64,000 bases of DNA from Minisyncoccota bacterium (GTDB lineage Bacteria; Patescibacteriota; Minisyncoccia; Phycocordibacterales; UBA9973). Location: the NCBI GenBank assembly GCA_041662525.1, contig JBAZSF010000002.1, positions 3,121-67,120 on the forward strand, given 5' to 3'. The translations under genes were made by a program, and so were the position numbers. Position 1 is the first letter of the stretch, and each line of letters opens with the position of its first letter. Under the pieces are notes generated by a model. It made no database searches. It saw only the letters and a program-made list of their open reading frames with translations, and was not told the origin of the DNA. Shown here piece after piece: positions 35,831 through 44,955 of this stretch.

Positions 35831-38383
35831 ATGATTAAAGGAATGCAAAAAATATTAAAGAAATTCAAAAAATTGTTTAAAAATAAAAGGTTCTTGAGGA
35901 ATATACTGCTATTATCCGCGGGTGTTTCTATACTAATGTTTGGAATACTTGTTATTTTACTATCTTCTTTAAATATTCCTGATTTAAATTCATTTGAGGA
36001 GAGAAAAATCATGAACTCTACTCAGATTTATGATCGTACGGGGGAAATTTTACTTTACGACATACATCAAGATATAAAAAGAACAGAGATCCCTTTTGAA
36101 CAAATGGGTTCAAGCATAAAAAATGCGACTATAGCTATCGAAGACGCTGAATTTTACACTCACAGTGGAGTCAAAATAACTTCTACCATTCGAGCTCTTT
36201 TTTCTAATTTATTTCATTTTGGAATAGGAGGCGGTGGCTCGACGATAACTCAACAATTGGTAAAAAATACTCTTTTAACGACAAAAAGAAGTTACGTCAG
36301 AAAAATAAAAGAATGGGTTTTGGCAATCAAGATAGACAATTCTATGTCTAAAGATAAAATCTTGGAAGCTTACTTGAACGAAATTCCTTATGGAGGAACT
36401 ATTTACGGTATAGAAACTGCCAGTAAAACTTATTTTAATAAAACTGCATTTGATTTAACATTAGCAGAAGCTGCATACCTAGCTTCTATCCCCCAGTCGC
36501 CGACCACTCTTTCACCTTATGGTAAGAATAGGGCTAAACTGGATGCCAGAAAGAATTTAGTATTATCCAGAATGTTAGAGTTGAAATTTATTACCAAAGA
36601 ACAATACGACCAAGCTAAAAATGAAGTGGTAACTTTTATTCCACAAGCTATATTGGGTATCAAAGCACCACATTTTGTTTTCTGGATTAAAGATTATTTA
36701 GAACAAAAATATGGAGTTGATATGGTAGAAAATGGTGGACTCAAAGTTACCACTACCATAGACGCAGATCTACAAGCCAAAGCAGATCAAATCGTAAAAG
36801 ATGGCGCATTACAAAATGAAAAAGATTGGAATGGAAGCAATGCTGGATTGGTGGCAATAGACCCAAAAACAGGGCAAATTTTAACAATGGTCGGCTCAAG
36901 AGATTATTTTGATAAAACCATTGATGGTAATTTCAATATAGCAACAGCTACCAGGCAGCCCGGGTCCTCTTTTAAGCCCTTTATTTACGCTACGGCCTTC
37001 AATAAAGGTTTTACCCCAGACACAGTACTGTTTGACCTACCAACAGAATTTCAATCAACCTGCAACGCCTACGGCAAGGCCCTACCTGGATACAACCAAC
37101 GAGATTGTTACATGCCAAGCAATTATGATGGAAAATTTCGTGGGCCGATGAGTCTACGGAATGCATTAGCACAATCAATCAACATTGTAGCAGTAAAACT
37201 TTTCTACTTGGCAGGACTTTCTGATTCATTAAAAAAAGCAAAAGATATGGGGATCAGTTCTCTAAAAGATATCAATCAATACGGTCTCACTCTCGTTATT
37301 GGAGGTGGAGAAGTTTCACTTTTGGATATGACTTCAGCCTATGGAGTCTTTGCAAACAATGGGATCAGAAATCCTTATACTGGAATTTTAAAAGTGGAAG
37401 ATTCCCATCAAAAAATTCTAGAAGAATTTAAACCTACAGCACAAGAAATCTTACCCAAAAACACTACCTTAAATATTTCAAATATTCTTTCTGATGAAGA
37501 AGCTCGCCAACCAACTTTTGGAGTACACTCTGTTTTATATATTCCCAATAAAGATGTGGCTGTAAAAACTGGAACAACAAACGACAACAAGGATGCTTGG
37601 ACCATTGGGTATTCTCCGTCTATTGTTGTGGGTGTTTGGGCTGGTAATAATGACAACAAGCCAATGAAAAAAGGTGGGGCAGCAGTAGCAGGGCCGATTT
37701 GGAATAAATTTATAAATGAAGCATTAAAAATACTCCCTTCTGAGAGTTTTGAAAAACCAGACATGGAAACTGATCCGACTAAAATAAAACCAGTTCTCCG
37801 TGGATTTTGGCAAGGGAATGAAAACTTCTTTATAGATAAAATTTCTGGTCTCTTGGCAACTGATAATACACCAAAGGAAACCTTGCAAGAAAAAATAATC
37901 ACCAATGTGCATTCAATTTTGTATTGGGTGGATCGAGATGATATCTTGGGGCAAGCCCCCTTGGGGGGAGGAGACAATAATTCTCAATTTAATCATTGGG
38001 AAATACCTGTCCAAAACTGGTGGGCACAAAACAGAGGAAATTATCCGACAACAACTTGGAGCGAAAAACCAATTGCAGTAGACAATGTGCACACTGATTC
38101 ATCAAAACCAATAGTCTCGATTCTTGAACCAAATAATACAACCACCTATTCCCCTGACCAAAAAATAAATTTAAAAATTTCAAGTTTTGGAATTTTTCCT
38201 TTACAAAAAATAGATATTTTTATAAATGGAATATATTTAGAAACTATAACATCTCCTTTTAATTTTTCTTTTACCCCAAAAGATTTAGAATCTATACAAA
38301 GTGAAAATGAATTAAAAATAATTTCTTATGATACTGTTTATAACAAAAGTGAAACCAATTTAATTTTTAAAGTAAACCAGTAG
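35831..38383 (+). CDS. Class A penicillin-binding protein (transglycosylase + transpeptidase) with C-terminal extension
   Basis: GT51 motifs 'AIEDAEFYTHSGV', 'GGSTITQQLVKN'; TPase 'SSFKPF' (SxxK), 'KTGTTND' (KTG). Start chosen at MIKGMQK; ORF-track start 35633 overlaps tyrS. Confidence 0.85.
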   Translation: MIKGMQKILKKFKKLFKNKRFLRNILLLSAGVSILMFGILVILLSSLNIPDLNSFEERKIMNSTQIYDRTGEILLYDIHQDIKRTEIPFEQMGSSIKNATIAIEDAEFYTHSGVKITSTIRALFSNLFHFGIGGGGSTITQQLVKNTLLTTKRSYVRKIKEWVLAIKIDNSMSKDKILEAYLNEIPYGGTIYGIETASKTYFNKTAFDLTLAEAAYLASIPQSPTTLSPYGKNRAKLDARKNLVLSRMLELKFITKEQYDQAKNEVVTFIPQAILGIKAPHFVFWIKDYLEQKYGVDMVENGGLKVTTTIDADLQAKADQIVKDGALQNEKDWNGSNAGLVAIDPKTGQILTMVGSRDYFDKTIDGNFNIATATRQPGSSFKPFIYATAFNKGFTPDTVLFDLPTEFQSTCNAYGKALPGYNQRDCYMPSNYDGKFRGPMSLRNALAQSINIVAVKLFYLAGLSDSLKKAKDMGISSLKDINQYGLTLVIGGGEVSLLDMTSAYGVFANNGIRNPYTGILKVEDSHQKILEEFKPTAQEILPKNTTLNISNILSDEEARQPTFGVHSVLYIPNKDVAVKTGTTNDNKDAWTIGYSPSIVVGVWAGNNDNKPMKKGGAAVAGPIWNKFINEALKILPSESFEKPDMETDPTKIKPVLRGFWQGNENFFIDKISGLLATDNTPKETLQEKIITNVHSILYWVDRDDILGQAPLGGGDNNSQFNHWEIPVQNWWAQNRGNYPTTTWSEKPIAVDNVHTDSSKPIVSILEPNNTTTYSPDQKINLKISSFGIFPLQKIDIFINGIYLETITSPFNFSFTPKDLESIQSENELKIISYDTVYNKSETNLIFKVNQ

Positions 38384-38624
38384 GTGTTCTTTTACCAAAA
38401 GATTCTTTAAGTTTTAGAAAGATTTTATTTTGCTTAAGGAAAACTTCGTTTTTATAAATTGGTTTAATATTTAAATAAATTATATTATTTTTTATCTGAA
38501 CATCTTCTGATTTTATTTCTACTTTAATAACTTCAGAGATGGTTTTTCTAATAATTTCTTTTTTCCCTTCGGTAGAAAGAAGAATATTATTAAATCTAGC
38601 TAATAAGTCTTTGATTTCAATCAT
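38367..38624 (-). CDS. Small protein downstream of dnaN, possibly DUF721/DciA-like
   Basis: Position (dnaA-dnaN-X) and size only; weak. Confidence 0.3.
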   Translation of the reverse strand: MIEIKDLLARFNNILLSTEGKKEIIRKTISEVIKVEIKSEDVQIKNNIIYLNIKPIYKNEVFLKQNKIFLKLKESFGKRTPTGLL

Positions 38625-38628
38625 GTGT

Positions 38629-38697
38629 TAGGCTCTAGGCATCTAGGCTCTAGGCTTTAGCTTTGGTTCAGCTAACGCCTAAGGCCTAAAGCCTAAT
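38629..38697. repeat. Palindromic heptamer-array element (CTAGGCT… arm / GCCTAAG GCCTAAA GCCTAAT arm)
   Basis: Related arrays at 48898-48975 and 58638-58670, all in intergenic gaps of minus-strand operons. Confidence 0.5.
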
Positions 38698-38704
38698 TTA
38701 CTAT

Positions 38705-39802
38705 TCATCTATTCATGGGCATGATAAGATAAGTAAAAGATGAATCAGAAATAGGAGAAATAACTATTGGCTTAGATGCTCCAGATAATTTTACAGAAAC
38801 ACTATCAGTATTAATTGATTGAAAACAATCTAAAAAATATTTATAATTAAAACTTAGTTCAACAATTTCTCCTTTAAGAACAGCATCTAAATATGTTTTA
38901 TTTTCTCCAATATCATTATTGGCAGAAGAAAGTTCAAAAATTTTTTCTTTAGGTGAAATCTTTAGATTAACTTGATTGAATTTATCTGAAAAAACATTAG
39001 AAAGTTTTAAAGCATTTAATAAATCTTGTTTGAGTACCACCACATCAGTCAAAGAATCTTTTGGAATGATTTGCCTATAGTCTGGAAAAATACCATCAAT
39101 AATTCTTGAAGTTAAATAAACATTATCGGAAGAAAAAGAAATTTGATTTTTATTAAAACAAACCTTTATAGTACCTTTAAATTCTCCGAAGACTTTCAAT
39201 ATTTCTCCTATGTTTTTATATGGGATAAGAATTCCCAGAATCTCCTCGAGTCCTTTTACTTTAACTTTTTTTTCAGCCAACCTAAACGAATCTGTAGAAA
39301 CAAAAATTAAATTATCCTCATTGGTATACATAAAAACACTTGAAATTTCAGGTTTAATGTCTGAAATGGAAGAACTATAGTAAACCGCTTTTATTCCATC
39401 AATTAATTTATTTGATTCTATTTCAAAACTACTACCAACAACTTTTGGTATTGTTGGGAAATCTTCGTGGGGCTGACTTTTAAGTTTTATTTGGCTTTTT
39501 TTTGTTTTAATTAATAAGTTTCCGTCTGTGTTTTCAAAAAATATATTTTCATTTTGTGAAACATTAGAAAAAACAGCATTTAATATTGATCCAGAAACAG
39601 CAAGGGATCCTTCTTTTTCCACCTTGGCTGGAATTTCAATTTCAATTCCAAGATTTAAATTTGTAGATCTAAGTTTTAATGAGTTATTGGAAGTAATTAA
39701 TAATATTGAACTTAATATTGGTAAAGTTAAATTCTTACCAGTAATTCTTTCTACTTGAGAAATAGCATTTTTTATTTTCTCCACAGAGCATTCTAGTTTC
39801 AT
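38705..39802 (-). CDS. dnaN: DNA polymerase III beta sliding clamp
   Basis: Three-domain clamp, N-terminal 'MKLECSVEKIKNAISQVERI…LPILSSILL', C-terminal 'IMPMNR'. Confidence 0.9.
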   Translation of the reverse strand: MKLECSVEKIKNAISQVERITGKNLTLPILSSILLITSNNSLKLRSTNLNLGIEIEIPAKVEKEGSLAVSGSILNAVFSNVSQNENIFFENTDGNLLIKTKKSQIKLKSQPHEDFPTIPKVVGSSFEIESNKLIDGIKAVYYSSSISDIKPEISSVFMYTNEDNLIFVSTDSFRLAEKKVKVKGLEEILGILIPYKNIGEILKVFGEFKGTIKVCFNKNQISFSSDNVYLTSRIIDGIFPDYRQIIPKDSLTDVVVLKQDLLNALKLSNVFSDKFNQVNLKISPKEKIFELSSANNDIGENKTYLDAVLKGEIVELSFNYKYFLDCFQSINTDSVSVKLSGASKPIVISPISDSSFTYLIMPMNR

Positions 39803-39947
39803 ATGTTTATATATTATATATTTAAATTATTAATAATATTAGGTGTGTTGATAAGTGTATAAGTATTTTTTATATTGGTAAACATTATTGTTTTACTGAA
39901 TTTATTTTTTAATTTAAGTCTGATAACTTTCTAATAACTATTTTTAA
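39803..39947. promoter_or_regulatory. AT-rich dnaA-dnaN intergenic region with DnaA-box-like TGTTGATAA (candidate DUE / second oriC module)
   Basis: 'gtgttgataagtgtataag' and >80% A+T content. Confidence 0.4.
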
Positions 39948-41285
39948 TTATTTAAACATAATCCTTATTTGTTCTAATTCTTGGATTAATTGTGGATCAT
40001 TTTTTAAATCTTCTTTGATTTTTACACATGAATGCATGACTGTTGTATGGTCTTTTCCACCTAATTTTTGTCCTATGAGTGGATAAGAAACACTAAAATC
40101 TTCTCGAAGTAAATACATAATAATTTGTCTGGTTTTTACTATTTCCTTTTTTCTAGTTTTTTCATAAATAGACATTTCTTCTAATTTATAATATTCAGCT
40201 ACAACTTTTACAACATCTTTTATAGCCATATTCTTTTTTGGTTTCATGTTGTTTTTTAGTAGATTTTTAACTTCTATGAGCGAGGGGGCCTTATTTTTTA
40301 AGCGATATTGGCAAATAATAAGATTTAAGCTTCCTTCAAGCTCACGAATATTTCCTTGGATGGAAGAAGCAACATAATCAATTACATCCTCTTCTAAGGT
40401 TATATTGAGTTCACGAAGCCTTACCTTAATAATTGCGAGACGAGACTCGTATTCTGGCTCAGTGACGTCTACAATCATTCCTGCAGCAAAACGAGACTTT
40501 AAACGATCTGCTAGTTCTGGAATATAATTAGGGTGTTTATCGGAAGAAAAAATAATTTGTTTATTGTTTTCATAAAAAGTATTAAATGTATGAAAAAGTT
40601 CTTCTTGAATTTTTTCCATTTTACCAATGAATTGGATATCATCTATGATCAAAAGATCATATTTACGATATTTTTCTTTAAAAGAATTTGCTTTATTCCC
40701 CTGGAGGGAGTTTATAAAATCTGTTGCAAACTTTTCCAAGGTCATATAGTGCACCTTTTTTTCAGGATGTTTATTTTTTATTGAATTTCCTACAGCTTGA
40801 ATCAAGTGAGTTTTTCCGAGACCAGTGCCACCATAAATAAAAAATGGATTATATTTAGTTCCAGGTGATTCTATTATTGCTTGGGAAGCCGCATAAGCGA
40901 GTTCGTTGAAGGCCCCGACAATAAAAGAATTAAAATGGTAACGTGGATTTAGATTATTCTCTGGATTTATATATAAATCCTTTAAAGGTAATTCTTTTTC
41001 TATGGTTTCACTTATTATTGTTTCTTGTTTAGAATTTTCTATTTTTGTAATTACATATTCTACCGCACGCATATTTTCATAATTTTCGGCTATGGTTTTG
41101 GTTATGAGTTTATGGTATTTATTTATAAGCCAATCACGAACAAATTCATTTGGTACTCCTACATACACAATCCCATTTTCCTCTTTTGCGATAGATGTAT
41201 TTTTAAACCATGTACTAAAATTGGCTTTAGACATGTCAGATTCAATTTTTAGTAAACAGTTTTTCCACAATTGGTTTGTGTTCAT
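39948..41285 (-). CDS. dnaA: Chromosomal replication initiator DnaA
   Basis: AAA+ 'GGTGLGKTHLIQAVG', 'LLIIDDIQF', C-terminal DNA-binding 'YPLIGQKLGGKDHTTVMHS'. Confidence 0.95.
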   Translation of the reverse strand: MNTNQLWKNCLLKIESDMSKANFSTWFKNTSIAKEENGIVYVGVPNEFVRDWLINKYHKLITKTIAENYENMRAVEYVITKIENSKQETIISETIEKELPLKDLYINPENNLNPRYHFNSFIVGAFNELAYAASQAIIESPGTKYNPFFIYGGTGLGKTHLIQAVGNSIKNKHPEKKVHYMTLEKFATDFINSLQGNKANSFKEKYRKYDLLIIDDIQFIGKMEKIQEELFHTFNTFYENNKQIIFSSDKHPNYIPELADRLKSRFAAGMIVDVTEPEYESRLAIIKVRLRELNITLEEDVIDYVASSIQGNIRELEGSLNLIICQYRLKNKAPSLIEVKNLLKNNMKPKKNMAIKDVVKVVAEYYKLEEMSIYEKTRKKEIVKTRQIIMYLLREDFSVSYPLIGQKLGGKDHTTVMHSCVKIKEDLKNDPQLIQELEQIRIMFK

Positions 41286-41436
41286 AGTTTCATATTATAC
41301 TCTTTATAAAACAGAAGGCATCTTTTAAAGCTTATTAACTCTGTTGATAAGCTGTGGATAAAAATTTTTTCTTAATAATTTTTTACGAGGAAGATTAAAT
41401 GAATTTGATTTATTCTTAATAATATTGTAAACTTTG
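41286..41436. promoter_or_regulatory. Candidate oriC: dnaA/rpmH divergent intergenic region with one perfect DnaA box (TTATCCACA) and an adjacent 1-mismatch box (TTATCAACA)
   Basis: 'ctgttgataagctgtggataaaaa' at ~41335-41360 read directly; classic rpmH-dnaA origin arrangement. Confidence 0.55.
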
Positions 41437-41439
41437 ATT

Positions 41440-41574
41440 ATGTCAGTTACATATCAACCTAAAAAAAGAAAAAGAGCAAGAGCCCATGGTTTTTTGGTTA
41501 GATCCAGGATTAAGACCGGGAAAAAGGTTCTTAAAAGAAGACGCCAAAAGGGTAGAAAAAAACTCAGTGTTTAA
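41440..41574 (+). CDS. rpmH: 50S ribosomal protein L34
   Basis: Translates to '[44 protein letters not shown]' (44 aa), the canonical bL34. Below the ORF-track size cutoff. Confidence 0.85.
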   Translation: MSVTYQPKKRKRARAHGFLVRSRIKTGKKVLKRRRQKGRKKLSV

Positions 41575-41586
41575 CTTGGTTTAAAT

Positions 41587-41910
41587 ATGCTTCCTAAAAA
41601 AAATAGAGTGAGCACCAAAGAAGTAGACAAGATCTTTAAAGAAGGCAGATTCTTTGTTTCCCCTAGTTTTACTTTTAAATACTTAAAAAGTACCAATAAA
41701 GGGGTAAAAATTTCCTTTATAGCTCCAAAAAGTGTAGCCAAACTTGCTGTTAAGAGAAATTTGCTAAGACGTCGAGGATATACAGCCCTTGCTAAGCATA
41801 TAGATCAATTCCCTTCTGGGCTTATGGGTGTTTTTATATTTAAAAAATATCAAGATGATATTTCTGTAATTGAAGATGAAATTAAAAATATACTTACAAA
41901 AATTAATTAG
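41587..41910 (+). CDS. rnpA: Ribonuclease P protein component
   Basis: 'LPKKNRVSTKEVDKIFKEGRFF…KRNLLRRR' with the RNR motif; follows rpmH. Confidence 0.85.
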   Translation: MLPKKNRVSTKEVDKIFKEGRFFVSPSFTFKYLKSTNKGVKISFIAPKSVAKLAVKRNLLRRRGYTALAKHIDQFPSGLMGVFIFKKYQDDISVIEDEIKNILTKIN

Positions 41911-42181
41911 TCCCGTTAGAAGCAGGTCTCCCCAAGGTGACCGAAGCACTCGCTTACTAGCGAGGGCGGCTTCTAACGGGATTAGCTTTTATCAAAAACA
42001 TATTTCTATTTTTTTGAAACCCAGTTGTGTTTTTTACCCTACTTGTTCAGAATACACAAAACAATCGATAGAAAAGTACGGCGCTTTAAAGGGTATTTAT
42101 TTAGGATTTTTACGTATATTACGTTGCCATCCTTGGCAGAAAAACCACATTGACCCCGTCACTCGCGAGCGACAGGGTTGA
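41870..42181 (+). CDS. yidD: Membrane protein insertion efficiency factor YidD, with in-frame palindromic insertion near N-terminus
   Basis: 'FYQKHISIFLKPSCVFYPTCSEY…RILRCHPW…DPV' matches YidD; 'PVRSRSPQGDRSTRLLARAASNGIS' is extra between 'LIS' and 'FYQ'. Confidence 0.75.
   Translation: MKMKLKIYLQKLISPVRSRSPQGDRSTRLLARAASNGISFYQKHISIFLKPSCVFYPTCSEYTKQSIEKYGALKGIYLGFLRILRCHPWQKNHIDPVTRERQG
41912..41980. repeat. Palindromic element (12-bp perfect IR CCCGTTAGAAGC / GCTTCTAACGGG with inner hairpin ctcgct-tacta-gcgag) inserted in-frame at the 5' end of yidD
   Basis: Read directly; corresponds to the non-conserved 25-aa segment of YidD. Confidence 0.55.
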
Positions 42182-42234
42182 TCCCGTTGTTTGATTTTCT
42201 AGCGTTTTTTTGCTTTTTCATATAGAATGAGGTA

Positions 42235-42960
42235 ATGCTTACAAATATATGGAATACTATTTTATATCAGCCATTATTAAACGCTTTGGCTTTTTTAGTG
42301 TCAATTATTCCTGGCGGAGACGTTGGTATTGCAGTTATTGTTCTTACTGTTCTTGTTAAAATTATTCTTTTCCCTTTGTCTCAAAAATCTATTGAAAGTC
42401 AGGCAGAGATGAATATTTTGACCCCTGAGATTAATAAAATAAAGACAAGTGGGGCTTCTAAAGAAGAACAAGCACGTCTTACGTTTGAATTATATAAAAA
42501 ACACAACACCAATCCTTTTTCAGGATGTCTTTTGGTTTTAGTTCAGATTCCTGTTATTTTTGCTTTATATTATGTCTTTTTTAAAGGAATAAATTTTGAA
42601 AGTGGACTTCTCTACTCATTTATTAAGGTTCCTTCACAAATTAACATGGTTTTTCTTGGTTTTCTTGATATCACTAAAAAAAGTTTAGTTTTGGCTATTT
42701 TGGCTGGTTTATCTCAATATCTACAAGCATATTTTATGCCAAAACCACCTGTCTCTTCAGGGACCGGCTCTTCTTTTGCAGAAAGTTTTACTAAAAATAT
42801 GAGTATGCAAATGAAATATGTTTTTCCATTTATTGTCGCTTTTATTGCTTATAGTATCTCTGGAGCAGTGGCTCTTTATTGGATTACCAGCAATCTTTTT
42901 ATGGTTGGTCAACAGATTTATGTTAAAAAAGAGAAAAATTTTAAGATTGTAATTAAATAA
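42235..42960 (+). CDS. yidC: Membrane protein insertase YidC (short, Gram-positive/Oxa1-like form)
   Basis: 'VLVKIILFPLSQKSIESQAEM', 'ELYKKHNTNPFSGCLLVLVQIPVIFALYY', five TM helices. Confidence 0.9.
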   Translation: MLTNIWNTILYQPLLNALAFLVSIIPGGDVGIAVIVLTVLVKIILFPLSQKSIESQAEMNILTPEINKIKTSGASKEEQARLTFELYKKHNTNPFSGCLLVLVQIPVIFALYYVFFKGINFESGLLYSFIKVPSQINMVFLGFLDITKKSLVLAILAGLSQYLQAYFMPKPPVSSGTGSSFAESFTKNMSMQMKYVFPFIVAFIAYSISGAVALYWITSNLFMVGQQIYVKKEKNFKIVIK

Positions 42961-42961
42961 T

Positions 42962-43447
42962 ATGGAGAAAGAAGAAATCCAAAATTTAATAAAAGAATTA
43001 ATTGAAAAAACCACAGTAAAATTAAATAAAATTTCAATTATTGATGATAAACCTAAAAATATATGGGTTTCTGTGGAAGTTAGTGAACCACATTTTTTTA
43101 TTGGGCGTGAAGGTGAAGGTTTGCATGCATTGAGTTATCTTGTTCACAGAATCATAGAATCAAAAAATCCTCGCAATGATGTAAAGACAACGGAACCACA
43201 AGGATTAGGTGTTATTATAGATATAAATGGTTTTCAAAAAAAACATGTTGAGAGTATTCGCGCAATAGCTCATATGATGTCAGAAAGAGCGAGATATTTT
43301 AAGTCTAATATTGAAATTGATCCAATGTCTGCATTTGAGCGTAGGATCGTGCATGAATTTTTGTCTGAAGCAAATGATTTAAAAACTGAGTCTGTGGGCT
43401 TTGGGCGTGATCGCCGAGTGGTGATTAAATATATTGGGGTTATGTAA
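42962..43447 (+). CDS. jag: Jag/KhpB-like RNA-binding protein (KH + R3H domains)
   Basis: R3H 'FERRIVHEFLSE…GFGRDRRVVIKY'; conserved position after yidC. Confidence 0.85.
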   Translation: MEKEEIQNLIKELIEKTTVKLNKISIIDDKPKNIWVSVEVSEPHFFIGREGEGLHALSYLVHRIIESKNPRNDVKTTEPQGLGVIIDINGFQKKHVESIRAIAHMMSERARYFKSNIEIDPMSAFERRIVHEFLSEANDLKTESVGFGRDRRVVIKYIGVM

Positions 43448-43466
43448 GAAAAAGAAAATATAAAGT

Positions 43467-43556
43467 TTAGAAAGCCTTGCGCAGGCTGACGAGCCGAGCA
43501 GTTCGCTGGCATAGCAATGCCAGATAGATTGCTTTATAAATTTTGATATTTTCTTT
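43467..43556 (+). repeat. Repeat family R1 copy
   Basis: Identical core to 15110-15205. Confidence 0.6.
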
Positions 43557-43560
43557 TTCT

Positions 43561-44952
43561 TTATTTTAAAGCGAGCTCCCAAAGAAAAGAATCTTTTTTA
43601 TTCACAAAAAATAAATAGTCCTCACTACTATCTAATGCAAGTTTGATACTATCGACGTCTTCCCCACCTAGAGCGACAGGGTCTGCAATCATTGTTGTAT
43701 TTCCAGTTTTAATATCTATTTTCCAAATTCGATCTCTAAAAAAAGTTTCTCCTTGATACCAGCTATCCGGATATTGGCCGTTAGGAATAGTGGTTGGTAC
43801 TCCACAATAAACAACATCATTAGTTTTATTCCAAACACATTTTTCCGCCAATGTTCTCACCCCCAACGTATTGGAAACTTTTGTATCTGTATGATAAATA
43901 TTAAGTGATAAGGTGTCATTGCTATAAAGAACCAGTTTCCCATTAGGACTAGTGAGAGTAGTAAGCCCATTTACAGCACCTAATATTTTGTGAAAATTAT
44001 AGTTTTTATTATTTGGGTCCATAGCGTACATATATCCAGGGATTCCAAATGAAGGTTTGGTGGTGAAAGTAATCATTTTATTATTTGGAAATAAGGACAA
44101 CCATTCAGTGAAAGGTGAATCAAAAACCTGAACTTTTTTATTATTTAATAAATTAAGTGTTGTACCAATTATGTTGTCTCCTAAATTATTTCCCAAATTA
44201 TTCCCACTGCTAAACATATAAAAAATACTATTAGAATCACTTGATAGACTTAAATCTTTTATGTTTTCCGGGAGGAACACCCCTTTTATTTCATTACTAC
44301 TCGTGGTGTCTGCGCCAAGAAATTCTTTTGGTAAAGTACCGACAAAAGTTATAATCGTTTTAGCATCTGATTTTAAATATCGCATAATTACAGAATTCCC
44401 TTTGTTTCCAAAAAATGCTTCATAAACCTTTGGTATTATTGTGGTAGAAAATTTCTTTTCTTCTATTTTGTCTACAAAGGTTTGATATATATTTCCTGTA
44501 GCTCTTTCTATATATCTTAAAGCTGGCATAAATTCTGTTGGAGGTGGAGTTGGCTTGGTTGTTTTTGTAGTAGTTGTTGTCTTTGGAGGAATTATTAAAC
44601 CTGTTGCTGGATCAATTTCTGGCGCTACCACAGGGATTTCTTTCAATCTTTCTTTGGAAAATACGGTAAAACCCGCGATAGGCATGCTCGAAACCTTTTT
44701 TAATTTTATGTTTGTCTCTGGTGTTGTAGAAATTTGTCCATCTCCAGAGATATCCACTGGGGGTGTGGTATTCGTGGGGGGCTTTGTTGAATTATTTCCA
44801 AATGGATTAAATTGTGAAATAAAATTTGTACCCGTGCTGTCTTCTCCTGGTGTATTTGTATTTGTTCCTGGATTGAAATAAAAATATCCAAATAATGTAC
44901 TTATTCCGATGACGATGATTATTATTAAAAGTATAAAATTTCTTTTTGACAT
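43561..44952 (-). CDS. Hypothetical secreted protein: N-terminal anchor, Pro/Thr-rich linker, beta-rich C-terminal domain
   Basis: 'ILLIIIIVIGISTLFGYFYF' then 'TTTTKTTKPTPPPTE' linker; first gene (3' end) of the T4SS-like minus-strand cluster. Confidence 0.5.
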   Translation of the reverse strand: MSKRNFILLIIIIVIGISTLFGYFYFNPGTNTNTPGEDSTGTNFISQFNPFGNNSTKPPTNTTPPVDISGDGQISTTPETNIKLKKVSSMPIAGFTVFSKERLKEIPVVAPEIDPATGLIIPPKTTTTTKTTKPTPPPTEFMPALRYIERATGNIYQTFVDKIEEKKFSTTIIPKVYEAFFGNKGNSVIMRYLKSDAKTIITFVGTLPKEFLGADTTSSNEIKGVFLPENIKDLSLSSDSNSIFYMFSSGNNLGNNLGDNIIGTTLNLLNNKKVQVFDSPFTEWLSLFPNNKMITFTTKPSFGIPGYMYAMDPNNKNYNFHKILGAVNGLTTLTSPNGKLVLYSNDTLSLNIYHTDTKVSNTLGVRTLAEKCVWNKTNDVVYCGVPTTIPNGQYPDSWYQGETFFRDRIWKIDIKTGNTTMIADPVALGGEDVDSIKLALDSSEDYLFFVNKKDSFLWELALK

Positions 44953-44955
44953 AAA

